A DNA stretch of 64,000 bases, taken from the NCBI GenBank assembly GCA_905182585.1, contig CAJJCC010000017.1, forward strand, positions 1,873-65,872, in the 5' to 3' direction. Below are positions 8,331 to 18,194 of this stretch, one piece after another. Position numbers and translations under genes: made by a program. The DNA is from an uncultured Flavobacteriales bacterium (GTDB lineage Bacteria > Bacteroidota > Bacteroidia > Flavobacteriales_C > GCA-002722245). Numbering within the stretch: position 1 is the stretch's first letter; each line of letters starts with the position of its first letter. The notes under the pieces are model-generated. The model did no database searches and was not told the DNA's origin. It saw only the letters and a program-made list of their open reading frames with translations.

Positions 8331-9983
8331 CTAAACACCTTTGGCTGTTACTTTTTTAACCAAAAGGTTAAGTAATGCCATAATACTAAACCAAACGCCT
8401 AGCTTTCCGATGATATCTCCATATTGAGCGTAAAAGCTCATTTCACTGTTTAATTGAATTTTTTGACGCAATACATCTTGGGTTAAATAGGTAGACTTTT
8501 GTAATTCATCTCCACGTTGATTAATAAACCCACTCCAACCTGTATTTGCACTTCTTGCTACTGATCTTCTTGTTTCGATTGCTCTCATTCTCGAAAACCC
8601 CCAATGCTGCTGATAACCTGCGGTATTTCCCCACCAAGCATCATTTGTTATTACGCCTAAAAAGTTCGCGCCTTTCCGCACGTACTCTGTAATATAATCT
8701 CCAAATAAACTTTCATAACAAATTACCGGCGCAACAATAGCGGAATCTCCTTTACCATAAAAAACCTCTCGCTCTGCTTGTTTCCCGTTGTTTGGGTTAT
8801 AAATATTAGCGTCAGCATCACTGTCAAAATCGGTTAAATATTTTTGAAAATAAACAAAGTAATCTGGGATTCGCTCAACTCCGATTACTAACATTGATTT
8901 ATGGTATTGTGGCAAAGTATCATTCTCACCATTAATTAAAATGGAGGAGTTAAAATACTCGTAATAACGACCATCATAGCTCCTTTTATAGGTTGCCGGA
9001 ACATCTTCACCAATTTCTCCTTCCTTAAATTCTCTGTATGCCAACCCTGTTAAAATTGAAAGATTTGGGTATTTACTTGCACGCCATCTTTTAAGCACAC
9101 CTACACTTGCTGAATAAGGTAAGGTAAGATTGGATTCTGTTTGAGGTAAGGCTGTTTCGTGCATTAACAAAAAATCAACATCTTCATCCATAACTTTATC
9201 CGCTATTTCTGTAAATCGTCGAACTTGAGCTACCGCAGACATCGCTTTTAGTTCATTGCCTTTACTATCCATAAATCGATCTGAGTATGGATTCATATTC
9301 GGTTGTAACACGACCACATCTTGCTCAAAACCCTTTTCCTCATAAGTGTAGTATTGCAACAATGAAATTAAAATTGGCACAAAAACGACAAGCCCAAGTT
9401 GGATTCCTTTTTTTATGATAAAGAAAGAATCCTCTTTGAGTTTCCACGATTTGTAAACAAAAAAAACAAATAGGTTCACAATTAATAACCAAGCTGTTCC
9501 TCCTAAAGCTCCTGTATATGAATACCATTGAATTAATTTCACCCAATTAGATAAGGAGAAACCGTATGTTAACCATGGCCATGATAAATCCCAATCTTGT
9601 AATTCTATATATTCCCATGCAACCCATAACATCACCAATGATAAATAAGCAGCCTTTGGACTTAATCGAGATTTTATTGAACTATAAGCAACAATCGCCA
9701 TTGCAAAGAAGGCACTATTTACAATTGCCGGAGCAATCACACCAATCCAAGCAGCATTTCTCACCCAATAAATGGTGACGAAATTATAGACGACGAACAC
9801 CAAATATGCACTTGCAAAAACACGAAACTTACGCCATTTATCTTCTTTTGAAATTTGATCCTCAATTATTAAAAGGGGTACTATTCCCAACATTCCTCCT
9901 ATAATAAAGTCATAAGGTGCAAAACTCGATGCCATTAAGAGTCCACTCAGTATTAATAATCCTATTGCTTTTAGTTTTTTCAT
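8331..9983 (-). CDS. lnt: Apolipoprotein N-acyltransferase
   Basis: 550 aa with a multi-TM N-terminal half and a C-terminal CN-hydrolase domain carrying the catalytic Cys context VAPVICYESLFGDY. Confidence 0.85.
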   Translation of the reverse strand: MKKLKAIGLLILSGLLMASSFAPYDFIIGGMLGIVPLLIIEDQISKEDKWRKFRVFASAYLVFVVYNFVTIYWVRNAAWIGVIAPAIVNSAFFAMAIVAYSSIKSRLSPKAAYLSLVMLWVAWEYIELQDWDLSWPWLTYGFSLSNWVKLIQWYSYTGALGGTAWLLIVNLFVFFVYKSWKLKEDSFFIIKKGIQLGLVVFVPILISLLQYYTYEEKGFEQDVVVLQPNMNPYSDRFMDSKGNELKAMSAVAQVRRFTEIADKVMDEDVDFLLMHETALPQTESNLTLPYSASVGVLKRWRASKYPNLSILTGLAYREFKEGEIGEDVPATYKRSYDGRYYEYFNSSILINGENDTLPQYHKSMLVIGVERIPDYFVYFQKYLTDFDSDADANIYNPNNGKQAEREVFYGKGDSAIVAPVICYESLFGDYITEYVRKGANFLGVITNDAWWGNTAGYQQHWGFSRMRAIETRRSVARSANTGWSGFINQRGDELQKSTYLTQDVLRQKIQLNSEMSFYAQYGDIIGKLGVWFSIMALLNLLVKKVTAKGV

Positions 9984-10200
9984 GCTTCTTGTTTGAAGGA
10001 TGGTATTTGAGTATAATTTAAACTATTTTGTTTAACACAACCCACAAGCTATCAAGAGGTGTTCGGGGTGTGTTTTTATAGTAATGTGAATCGCTTCATT
10101 TAAAAACTTTAACATTTTCAAATCCATCAAATTCAATTGACGTAAAATTAATCATATAATTTGCGATCACTCGCAATACATTGGAAAAATCATTAAATAT

Positions 10201-10437
10201 TTATGAATCATTAAACCTTAGCGTCATCAGATCATACTCAGTAAGCTTTGTGGCTCTTAATTTATCTTTTCTGAATTTACTTACGTTACTGTTCAAACAG
10301 CCGTCTATCTCAATGACTAAACTCAGCTCTTAAAAATAAAAATTTACGATAAAATTAAGTAAAGGCTTTTACCTGATAAATCGATAGACTCTTATTTGTT
10401 TTCCTTTTACTTCGTTCCAAATTATGATTTTGATGAT
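10201..10437 (-). pseudogene. Degraded DUF559 (Vsr-like endonuclease domain) gene remnant
   Basis: Hand translation of the minus strand gives IIKIIIWNEVKGKQIRVYRFIR*VKAFT*FYRKFLFLRAE, then a frameshift, then ELSLVIEIDGCLNSNVSKFRKDKLRATKLTEYDLMTLRFNDS*. This follows the DUF559 pattern (LW..LR...l.g.kFRRQ..i..yi.DFyc....lvIElDG......d..R...L...G..vlRF.N). It has two in-frame stops, one frameshift, no start codon, and truncated ends. Confidence 0.5.
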
Positions 10438-10526
10438 TTACTATTTTGAATCTTGTTTGATTGGATTCCCTACCCTTTTTTGTTGGTTTTGAGGGATTTA
10501 GATTGGAAGTATTTAATCATTCTAGC

Positions 10527-10560
10527 AAAAAAAAGCCCCAAGCAAATGCTTGAGGCTTTT
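10527..10560 (-). terminator. Rho-independent terminator after gpmI
   Basis: The minus-strand RNA reads aaaagccucaagc-auuu-gcuuggggcuuuuuuuu. This is a 9-bp stem with one G.U pair plus U8, about 15 nt after the gpmI stop. Confidence 0.65.
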
Positions 10561-10575
10561 AAATATTTTAAAATG

Positions 10576-12096
10576 TTAAACTAAGATATCACCAGTCATA
10601 TCTACTGGGATTTTCACATCCATCATATTTAATATTGTTGGCGCTAAATCGCCCAATTTCCCTGGCTTAATTGATTTATAATCCTTATCAATTAAAATTA
10701 AAGGAACTGGGTTTGTAGTATGTGCTGTGTTTGGTGAACCATCCGCGTTAATTACAAAATCAGCATTACCATGATCTGCGATAATAACGAAAGAATAATC
10801 TTGTTCTAAACCAGTTTCAACAACTCTTTTCACACATGAGTCAACAGTTTCAACAGCTTTAACAACCGCTTCATAAATACCTGTATGACCAACCATATCT
10901 GGATTAGCGAAATTTAAACAAACAAAATCAACTTCTCCTTTTGCTAACTCAGCCGTAATTTTATCCGTTACTTCTGGAGCGCTCATTTCTGGCTGTAAAT
11001 CGTAAGTAGCAACCTTTGGAGAGTTGGCTATTAAACGAGTTTCACCTTTAAATTCTTGCTCTCTACCACCAGAAAAGAAGAAAGTAACGTGCGGATACTT
11101 TTCAGTTTCAGCAATTCTAATTTGAGTTTTTCCGGCTCCTTCCAAAACCTCACCCATTGTATTTTTTAAGTTATCCTTTTTGTAAGCGATGTTTACGTTT
11201 TTAAACTTCTCATCATACTTAGTCATGGTAACATAATGCAAAGGAATAGTACTCATTCCTTCAGCTGGAAATTCTTGCTGCGATAATACTTCCGTGATTT
11301 CTCTACATCTATCTGTACGGTAGTTGAAACAAATAACAACATCTCCTTCTTTGATTAGTCCAACAGGATTCCCGTCAGCATCAACCATCGAAACTGGCTC
11401 TACAAATTCGTCTGTAACTCCAGCATCGTAAGTAGCTTGAATAGCAGCAACAGGATCTTGAGCTTTTGTTCCTTCTCCTTTTACCATTACGTTGTAAGCT
11501 TTAGCAACTCTTTCCCAACGCTTATCTCTATCCATTGCGAAATATCTACCTGTAATAGTGGCTATTTTTCCGTTTGAAGTTTCTAAGTATTTTTGTAAAT
11601 CTGAAATATATCCTAATCCTGATTTTGGATCAACATCTCTTCCATCTGTAAAAGCGTGAACGAAAACATCGTTAACACCATATTGCTTTGTCATATCACA
11701 TAAAGCATGTAAATGCGCTTGTGATGAATGAACTCTTCCTTCAGAAACTAACCCCAAAAAGTGAACAGACTTATCATTCTCTTTAGCATACTTTAAAGCG
11801 TCAACCAATACTTTGTTTTCAAAGATTGATTTATCCTTAACTGCTAAATTGATTTTCACTAAATCTTGATACACAACTCTACCAGCTCCAATGTTTAAGT
11901 GACCAACCTCAGAATTACCCATTTGACCATCAGGTAAACCAACTTCTTCACCACTTGTTATTAAAGTAGAGTATGCATATTTTGTATATAAACTATCTAC
12001 GAAAGGCGTGTTTGCATTGTGAATAGCATCCGACTTTGTTTTATCTCCATGTCCCCAACCATCTAAAATGATTAAAGCAACTTTTTTATTTGCCAT
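10576..12096 (-). CDS. gpmI: 2,3-bisphosphoglycerate-independent phosphoglycerate mutase
   Basis: 506 aa with N-terminus KKVALIILDGWGHG and the ..IIADHGNAD.. metal-binding region, both typical of iPGM. Confidence 0.92.
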   Translation of the reverse strand: MANKKVALIILDGWGHGDKTKSDAIHNANTPFVDSLYTKYAYSTLITSGEEVGLPDGQMGNSEVGHLNIGAGRVVYQDLVKINLAVKDKSIFENKVLVDALKYAKENDKSVHFLGLVSEGRVHSSQAHLHALCDMTKQYGVNDVFVHAFTDGRDVDPKSGLGYISDLQKYLETSNGKIATITGRYFAMDRDKRWERVAKAYNVMVKGEGTKAQDPVAAIQATYDAGVTDEFVEPVSMVDADGNPVGLIKEGDVVICFNYRTDRCREITEVLSQQEFPAEGMSTIPLHYVTMTKYDEKFKNVNIAYKKDNLKNTMGEVLEGAGKTQIRIAETEKYPHVTFFFSGGREQEFKGETRLIANSPKVATYDLQPEMSAPEVTDKITAELAKGEVDFVCLNFANPDMVGHTGIYEAVVKAVETVDSCVKRVVETGLEQDYSFVIIADHGNADFVINADGSPNTAHTTNPVPLILIDKDYKSIKPGKLGDLAPTILNMMDVKIPVDMTGDILV

Positions 12097-12142
12097 AGTA
12101 TGTTGTTTTTATTCTAAATCGTAATTAAAATGCAAAGATAAT

Positions 12143-12174
12143 GAAAAGCCCTCTAATTTCTTAAAGGGCTTTTC
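12143..12174. terminator. Strong hairpin (10-bp stem), possible bidirectional terminator between the histidine-kinase gene and gpmI
   Basis: gaaaagccct (12143-12152) pairs perfectly with agggcttttc (12165-12174) across a 12-nt loop. Short T-runs follow on both strands. Confidence 0.35.
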
Positions 12175-12540
12175 ACTTATATTGATTTCGAAAACGTTCT
12201 TATTTCTACCTGTAGGTTTTAACACTCTCCGAGGTAATCTCTACTCAAAATTTATAAACATTCTTTTTAACCCTTATCGTCTTAAGCACTTCTGCTTCAT
12301 CATTATCAAAATTGGTTTTTAATTACACAATCTGAATTTTCATAATGAATTGCGCCAAAATCTCCTTCAGTCGAAACGAGGAGCTTATATGTTTTTATCA
12401 TAATTTCGAATATTCAAATCTGTTGAACAATCTTATAAGTCTATTACCTTAACATGTGAAAAACATTCTTTTTTGCATATTAAACAGAATAACAAACGAC
12501 TAAAAAGTTCTACTTCAACAATTAACATCAAAACTATTGA

Positions 12541-13485
12541 TCATCTAAAAGATGCCACAAAAATACTCCCCTTGGGTTTATTCGCCTTTACCTGAACCAT
12601 TCCGTTATGCTGTTCCACCATTTTTTTAACGATGTATAAACCTAAGCCGGTTCCTTTTTGACTTCTGGTTTCTTCGTTTCCTGATCGGTAGAATTTTTCG
12701 AATATCTTTTCCGATTCCTGCATTGGAACTCCAACGCCTTCATCAGAAATACTTAGTGCCGTTTCACCATCTTTTTGAACCAAGGTTACGCACATTGATG
12801 ACTTCTCCGGAGTGTACTTTAGAGCGTTACTTATTAAATTGGATATAATAGAATGAAAGGCATCCTTATCTCCATTAAATTTCACATCTGGCTGAATAAA
12901 AAATTCTGCTGTGACTTTTTTGCCAGATGACTCCAACATTTTTAGTGTGATTGTCTCCATCATCAGCGATAAGTCTAATTCTTCTATACTTAAGGGAAGT
13001 CCATTATCATCAATTTTTGTCACCAATAAAATATTTTCAACCAATTCGTTTAATCGATCAGCATCTTTTATAGACTTTCCTAAAATTTCCTTTTGCTTTT
13101 CTTGTGGTAAATCTCTTTTCACCAAAGTTTGTAAATACAGTTTTAAAGACGCTATGGGAGTTTTTAATTCGTGGGTAATCGCCAATAAAAAGTTTTTCTG
13201 CTGGTTTCCTACTTCTATTTCTTTTCTTAAAGATCGATAGGTTAGAAAAAATCCTGTAGTAAGAATCAAAAAGAAAACGCCTCCTTCACCCATTATCATA
13301 TAAAAATTTCTATTCATGTCTTGTGCAGGTTTTACCTGTATTGACAGTTCATAAATATTATACAACCACCAAATGGCTTGCAGTGAAACGTAAAGTAATA
13401 GAATAATGAATAATGCTTGATGTTTTCTTTTCATTTTACTTGAAATTAGGCAACTCGAAAACTTCTTAAATAAACGCTCTAGCAC
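12541..13485 (-). CDS. Sensor histidine kinase (two N-terminal TM segments, HisKA and HATPase_c)
   Basis: H-box ITHELKTPIASL, N-box ISNLISNALKYT, and G-boxes DEGVGV and GTGLGLYIV. An alternative start at ATG 13434 (MKRKHQALFIILLL) is possible. No response regulator gene is adjacent. Confidence 0.85.
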   Translation of the reverse strand: MLERLFKKFSSCLISSKMKRKHQALFIILLLYVSLQAIWWLYNIYELSIQVKPAQDMNRNFYMIMGEGGVFFLILTTGFFLTYRSLRKEIEVGNQQKNFLLAITHELKTPIASLKLYLQTLVKRDLPQEKQKEILGKSIKDADRLNELVENILLVTKIDDNGLPLSIEELDLSLMMETITLKMLESSGKKVTAEFFIQPDVKFNGDKDAFHSIISNLISNALKYTPEKSSMCVTLVQKDGETALSISDEGVGVPMQESEKIFEKFYRSGNEETRSQKGTGLGLYIVKKMVEQHNGMVQVKANKPKGSIFVASFR

Positions 13486-13555
13486 TAAAGCTAATTAAAT
13501 AAAAGCTTTCAATAATTTAAGGTTAATTCGAATTGCAATTCTTTCACAAAAATAT

Positions 13556-14887
13556 CTAATAAATCACATCATCCAAGTATTGATTTAATCTAGTTTTATT
13601 AACACCTGCAGAACTTAAGTTAATTACTGATTCCTCTTGCGTTTTTAATTCTGAAAAAGCCAACTTGAATTTATCTACATCAACTGCCTGAACAGCAACC
13701 AAAGTGACATTTACCCCTTTTGGAATATCATATACTAAATAGGTTCCATTACTTACTTGGTAAACAGGAAGCACACTATTTATATCATTAAAAACAACAT
13801 AAACACAGTAAGCTTTTACACTTATCCCTTTGTCTATTTTAATTTTCATTGTAATTGTTTCATCTGCTTGATAAAAGCGATCACAATTAATCCAACCCAA
13901 CTGATTAAACTTTCCAGTTAAAAAAGTTCCCTCAATGTATGATCGTTCCAAGTAAGTCATATCGTTAGGACTAGTTGCTGAAGCCATTTGTAAATTCCCG
14001 TCTGCATCTTCATAAAACTCACCAAACTTCCCCAACACTCCTGATGTCTCATCAATGCTAAGCGGTTCTTCAATGTTAATCTCTTCAGTGATTTCAGCGC
14101 CTTCATTTTTTATGAATTTTTGATTTGGATTCTTATTCCAAACTAATTCCCCATTTCTATCAGCAGCATAAAAAGAATAAAAATCTTCTGAGGTTTTCCC
14201 CTCTAATATTTTCAAATTATAGCTGGCGTTTCTTTTTAATTTTACTTTTAGATCATTTTTAAAAGCCTCAATATTATACATTCCTTGAGTTTCTAACATC
14301 CCATGACTTCCTAAAGCAGTCACTCCAAATTTCACAAAGTCTTGTTTTGAGGTGTACTCTTTAATCTTAATCGTAATTAAGTCATTCATTAATCCTTCAA
14401 AACTATGTGGTTTAAATTCCAAAACATTCCCAGATGGCAACTGAACTGAAACTCCATGTTTATTTAGAAAAGAGTAGGTTAACACTTCTTTATTGTTTTG
14501 AATTTCATTTAACGAAACTGAACTTTTTAACTTCCGTGGTTTGTGAACCCAAACTTGTTCAAATATGGAATATTTATAAATTAATTGTCTTCCTAGTATG
14601 CCGTTTTCTTTTAAAAAAGAACCTATCGCCCGGTTTCTAATTTTAGCAAATTTATAAGCTAAGAAGTTATTTTCACTCATCTCTTTTTGTGTGATTGTGG
14701 TGAAATAAAGCCAATCTCCTGCACCAAGTTTAAAATATTCATCAATGATTATATTTTTATTTTCTTCACTAATCTTAACGCAGTTATTAAGAAACTCTAA
14801 CTTCACTTCTCGAGTTAAATTCTTAGAAAAAACAATTGTAGAAATTGAAATAAAAATAATTAAGGTAACTGCTCTCATAACGTACAT
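13556..14887 (-). CDS. Hypothetical secreted protein (443 aa), family not recognised
   Basis: Long ORF with a signal-peptide-like N-terminus (MRAVTLIIFISISTIVFS). The remainder is hydrophilic and looks beta-rich. I recognised no motif. Confidence 0.6.
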   Translation of the reverse strand: MYVMRAVTLIIFISISTIVFSKNLTREVKLEFLNNCVKISEENKNIIIDEYFKLGAGDWLYFTTITQKEMSENNFLAYKFAKIRNRAIGSFLKENGILGRQLIYKYSIFEQVWVHKPRKLKSSVSLNEIQNNKEVLTYSFLNKHGVSVQLPSGNVLEFKPHSFEGLMNDLITIKIKEYTSKQDFVKFGVTALGSHGMLETQGMYNIEAFKNDLKVKLKRNASYNLKILEGKTSEDFYSFYAADRNGELVWNKNPNQKFIKNEGAEITEEINIEEPLSIDETSGVLGKFGEFYEDADGNLQMASATSPNDMTYLERSYIEGTFLTGKFNQLGWINCDRFYQADETITMKIKIDKGISVKAYCVYVVFNDINSVLPVYQVSNGTYLVYDIPKGVNVTLVAVQAVDVDKFKLAFSELKTQEESVINLSSAGVNKTRLNQYLDDVIY

Positions 14888-15050
14888 TTTTCTTCATAAC
14901 GAACGGATTTTAAAATGTAACAGAAAAATTGCGTTTTTAGGATTTTGAATTTATTGTGCACATTAAAACTTAAAAAGTCTTAAAAAGTATGTTTACTGAA
15001 TATTAATGGCGAAATTTGTATTCTTATTCATAAAGAATCAAATATCATTT

Positions 15051-15512
15051 ATGATTTTAGACCTAATTATTACTTTCTTATTTAGTATTTCTCCACTTGG
15101 AGAAGGAAGGGTTGGTATTCCTTATGGAATTCTTGAAGCTGAACTAGATCCAATTTTAACATTTTTGGTATCCCTTGGCGGAAACTTGATGGTATTCCCG
15201 TTATTTTCATACGTAATGAAGCTTTCGAATAAACATTTATGGAAAAGCAGGCGCTATAAGAAAAGCGCAGTTTACTTAACTAGAAAAGCAAAGAGGGGAA
15301 CGCAATCAAACATTCGAAAATATGGTATTTGGGGTTTAATGGTTTTTGTAATGATTCCATTACCTGTAACAGGTGCCTATTCGGGAACGATTGCAGCATT
15401 TGTAATGCAAATGAATTATAAAAAATCATTCCTTGCAGTTTCTGTTGGAGTTACAATTGCACTTTTAATTACGACTGTTGCTAGTTATTATGCAAAATTA
15501 GGGTTGGGTTAA
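15051..15512 (+). CDS. Small multidrug-export-like membrane protein (COG2426 / Sm_multidrug_ex type)
   Basis: From ATG 15051 the protein reads MILDLIITFLFSISPLGEGRVGIPYGI..., followed by a basic loop and then more TM segments, which matches the family layout. The track start at 15006 adds 15 unlikely residues. Confidence 0.55.
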   Translation: MILDLIITFLFSISPLGEGRVGIPYGILEAELDPILTFLVSLGGNLMVFPLFSYVMKLSNKHLWKSRRYKKSAVYLTRKAKRGTQSNIRKYGIWGLMVFVMIPLPVTGAYSGTIAAFVMQMNYKKSFLAVSVGVTIALLITTVASYYAKLGLG

Positions 15513-15530
15513 CATCAAAATATTTCGCAT

Positions 15531-15565
15531 AAAAAAGGGTAAAACGAATGTTTCACCCTTTTTTT
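15531..15565. terminator. Bidirectional terminator between convergent genes
   Basis: aaaaaagggtaaaac-gaat-gtttcaccctttttttt. The stem has one mismatch, with an A-run before and a T-run after. It lies between the stops at 15512 (+) and 15579 (-). Confidence 0.6.
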
Positions 15566-15578
15566 ATTGTTTTGTGAA

Positions 15579-16850
15579 TTATTTTAAATCAACGCTATAA
15601 GGTAAATATTTTTTGAAATTCTCTATTATTCCTTGATCAATTTTAATTTCTTCAGGAGTATAGCCAGCGGCTTTTTTAACACGCTCTTCAAAATCGGTTA
15701 ATACATTCATGTAATTAATAAACGCAGCGTATGGAGAATCGTAATGCGAGAAGTACTTATGCACGTCACCATCACTCCAAAATTTAGTACACATATAATA
15801 AAAATGATCGGACGTTTGTAGTTTTACCCAGTCATCTTTAATTTTTTTGTCATCTACATTCTTAACTAATTCTTCTAATTCATATAAGGAATCAAAAGCA
15901 TCATCCTGAATTGGGTTTCCTAACCAAGCTGTTAAATCACGTTCAGCATCAGCCCAAGATATTGTATTGTGAATATCAATCTCAGAAACAGGATTTAATT
16001 GAGCAGCAGCCTCAGAAGGTGTTACAAAATCAAACTGTGAATGATTTATGATTTGATTTGGCAATTCTCGCATGAATTCAAATATTCCACTTTCGGCCCA
16101 TTGATGCTCTCCAAAAGTTTCATAATCCATAAAAAGGTTAATAATCTCTTGATTCCAAGCTGTAGAGTTTACCCACTGCCCAAAAGTTTCAGCATGCAAT
16201 GGCCAAGATTCCCATGATCGCTCCGAGAACCTAAATGCGATATCATCACTTAGCTTATAATTCTTTAATAAGAGCTTTAGATCAGGGTGTTGGCAATGAC
16301 TATATATAAAGTTTGGACTCCTCCAATCCATTATATGATCAGCGCCTTCAGTAATCATTGTTTTATAACCCATCTCGTGCACTAGGCTTCCGATTTGGTT
16401 ATTGTAAATCAGCTCTGTATTACGGAAAGTTGTTGGTATTTGACCAAAGTGCTCTTTTACCTTAGCCGTTTGTTTTGCAACCTGAGCTTTAAACTCTTCT
16501 GGAGACTTTAAAGCAGACAATGAATGCCCGTATGTTTCAGCGATAAACTCAACACAACCAGTATCAGCCAATCGTTTAAAACTATCTAAAACATCCTGAG
16601 CATACAATTCAAATTGCTCGATACAAATTCCAGAGATAGAAAACGAAACTTTAAAGTTTCCGTTGTGCGCTTGGATTTGCTCCAATAACAATTGATTCAT
16701 AGGCAAGTAACACTTATCGGCTACTTTACGCATGATTTCATGATTTAATTTCTTATCGAAGTAATCATCGTCACAACTAATGTCAAAGAATCTGTAATCC
16801 TTTAATCTAAAAGGTTGGTGAACTTGGAAGTAAAAACAAAGCTTTTTCAT
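15579..16850 (-). CDS. Glycoside hydrolase family 57 protein (alpha-amylase or branching-enzyme type)
   Basis: 423 aa. The N-terminus LCFYFQVHQPFRLKDYRFFDI and ..MDYETFGEH.. are characteristic GH57 blocks. Confidence 0.8.
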   Translation of the reverse strand: MKKLCFYFQVHQPFRLKDYRFFDISCDDDYFDKKLNHEIMRKVADKCYLPMNQLLLEQIQAHNGNFKVSFSISGICIEQFELYAQDVLDSFKRLADTGCVEFIAETYGHSLSALKSPEEFKAQVAKQTAKVKEHFGQIPTTFRNTELIYNNQIGSLVHEMGYKTMITEGADHIMDWRSPNFIYSHCQHPDLKLLLKNYKLSDDIAFRFSERSWESWPLHAETFGQWVNSTAWNQEIINLFMDYETFGEHQWAESGIFEFMRELPNQIINHSQFDFVTPSEAAAQLNPVSEIDIHNTISWADAERDLTAWLGNPIQDDAFDSLYELEELVKNVDDKKIKDDWVKLQTSDHFYYMCTKFWSDGDVHKYFSHYDSPYAAFINYMNVLTDFEERVKKAAGYTPEEIKIDQGIIENFKKYLPYSVDLK

Positions 16851-16875
16851 TTTTTATCTTTTGATTATTAAATAA

Positions 16876-18189
16876 TTAAACACGAACACTTCGTCTTCTA
16901 TCAATCGTTTTGTTATAAATTTCTCTCACCTTTAAAGCAGCATACTCCCACTTCATCTCGTGTACCTCATCTGTTCCATCTCCAGCCAATTGCTTAGAAA
17001 CTTCTTCATGTTTTAGTAAACCAATGATGGTATCCGATAATGCGTTAACATCCCAGAAATCAACTTTAATAGCATTATTTAATACTTCAGAAACTCCAGA
17101 TTGCTTAGAGATAATAACTGGAACCCCAGTTCTCATTGCTTCAAGTGGTGTAATTCCAAATGGTTCTGAAACCGAAGGCATTACATACACATCTGTCATT
17201 CCGAAAAGATTGTTGGTTTCAAAGTAATTTAAGAACCCTGTAAAGTGAAATCTTTTACTAATTTTTAATTCTGCAGCTCTTTCTAAACAGTTTAAAAACA
17301 TATCCCCATTTCCGGCCATCACGAAGTGTGCATCCGGCATTACTTCAAGAACCTTTTTAGCAGCTTCAACAAAATAATCGGGTCCTTTTTGGAAAGTAAT
17401 TCTTCCAAGGAACGTCACTATTTTCTTATCTACTAAATTCTTCTTTGGATATATAATAGCAGGCTTTGGGACAACCGCATTATGTACAACAGATATTTTA
17501 GAACCATCGATTCCGTACCTGTTAATTAATATTCGCCTTGTTAATCTTGAAACACAAATAATTCGATCAGCGGCTTCACAACCTTGTCTTTCCATTTCGT
17601 AAACCTCTTGGTTTATAGAATCTCCAGAACGATCAAATTCAGTGGCGTGGATGTGAACTACTAATTTCTTACCACTAACTTCTTTGGCCATAATAGCAGC
17701 TGGGAACGTTAACCAATCATGTGCATGAATTACATCAAAATCTTGGTCTTGTGCAATTTGCATAGCAACAACGGCGTACTTAGAAACCTCACTTAATAGA
17801 TTTTTTCCATACTTACCACCAAAACTAAATTTAGCTGTGCTAAACGTAGAGTCGATTTTCAGACTTTCAACATCAAACTCTGAACGCTCCAAAAACTCTT
17901 GTGGAGAAACATAGGGTAAAATATGTGAATGAATTTGTAGGTATTTAACCTTTTCTAGGTTTTTATTGAAGTGGTCGTTTGAGAAATTAACATTAATATC
18001 ACTTGCTCCAACTAATCTAAACTTATCTGTTTCTTCAGTACCATAAAGTTTAGGCACTACAAAAGTTACGTCAACACCATTATCAATTAGTCCACTAACT
18101 AATCCATAACAAGCAGTTCCTAAACCTCCCGAAATCTCAGGTGGAAATTCCCACCCAAACATTAATACTTTTAATGGTTTTGATTCCAT
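16876..18189 (-). CDS. Glycosyltransferase family 4/5, glycogen-synthase-like
   Basis: 437 aa with N-terminus VLMFGWEFPPEISGGLGTACYGL and the GT-B motif PSVSEPFGITPLEAM. It sits between the GH57 and debranching-enzyme genes. Confidence 0.78.
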   Translation of the reverse strand: MESKPLKVLMFGWEFPPEISGGLGTACYGLVSGLIDNGVDVTFVVPKLYGTEETDKFRLVGASDINVNFSNDHFNKNLEKVKYLQIHSHILPYVSPQEFLERSEFDVESLKIDSTFSTAKFSFGGKYGKNLLSEVSKYAVVAMQIAQDQDFDVIHAHDWLTFPAAIMAKEVSGKKLVVHIHATEFDRSGDSINQEVYEMERQGCEAADRIICVSRLTRRILINRYGIDGSKISVVHNAVVPKPAIIYPKKNLVDKKIVTFLGRITFQKGPDYFVEAAKKVLEVMPDAHFVMAGNGDMFLNCLERAAELKISKRFHFTGFLNYFETNNLFGMTDVYVMPSVSEPFGITPLEAMRTGVPVIISKQSGVSEVLNNAIKVDFWDVNALSDTIIGLLKHEEVSKQLAGDGTDEVHEMKWEYAALKVREIYNKTIDRRRSVRV

Positions 18190-18194
18190 AATTA

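Noticed and set aside
12306-12401. A 31-codon ORF (MIKTYKLLVSTEGDFGAIHYENSDCVIKNQF) downstream of the small histidine kinase.
   Set aside because: It is too short and unrecognised to call as a gene. It is mentioned under findings only as a possible frameshifted remnant.
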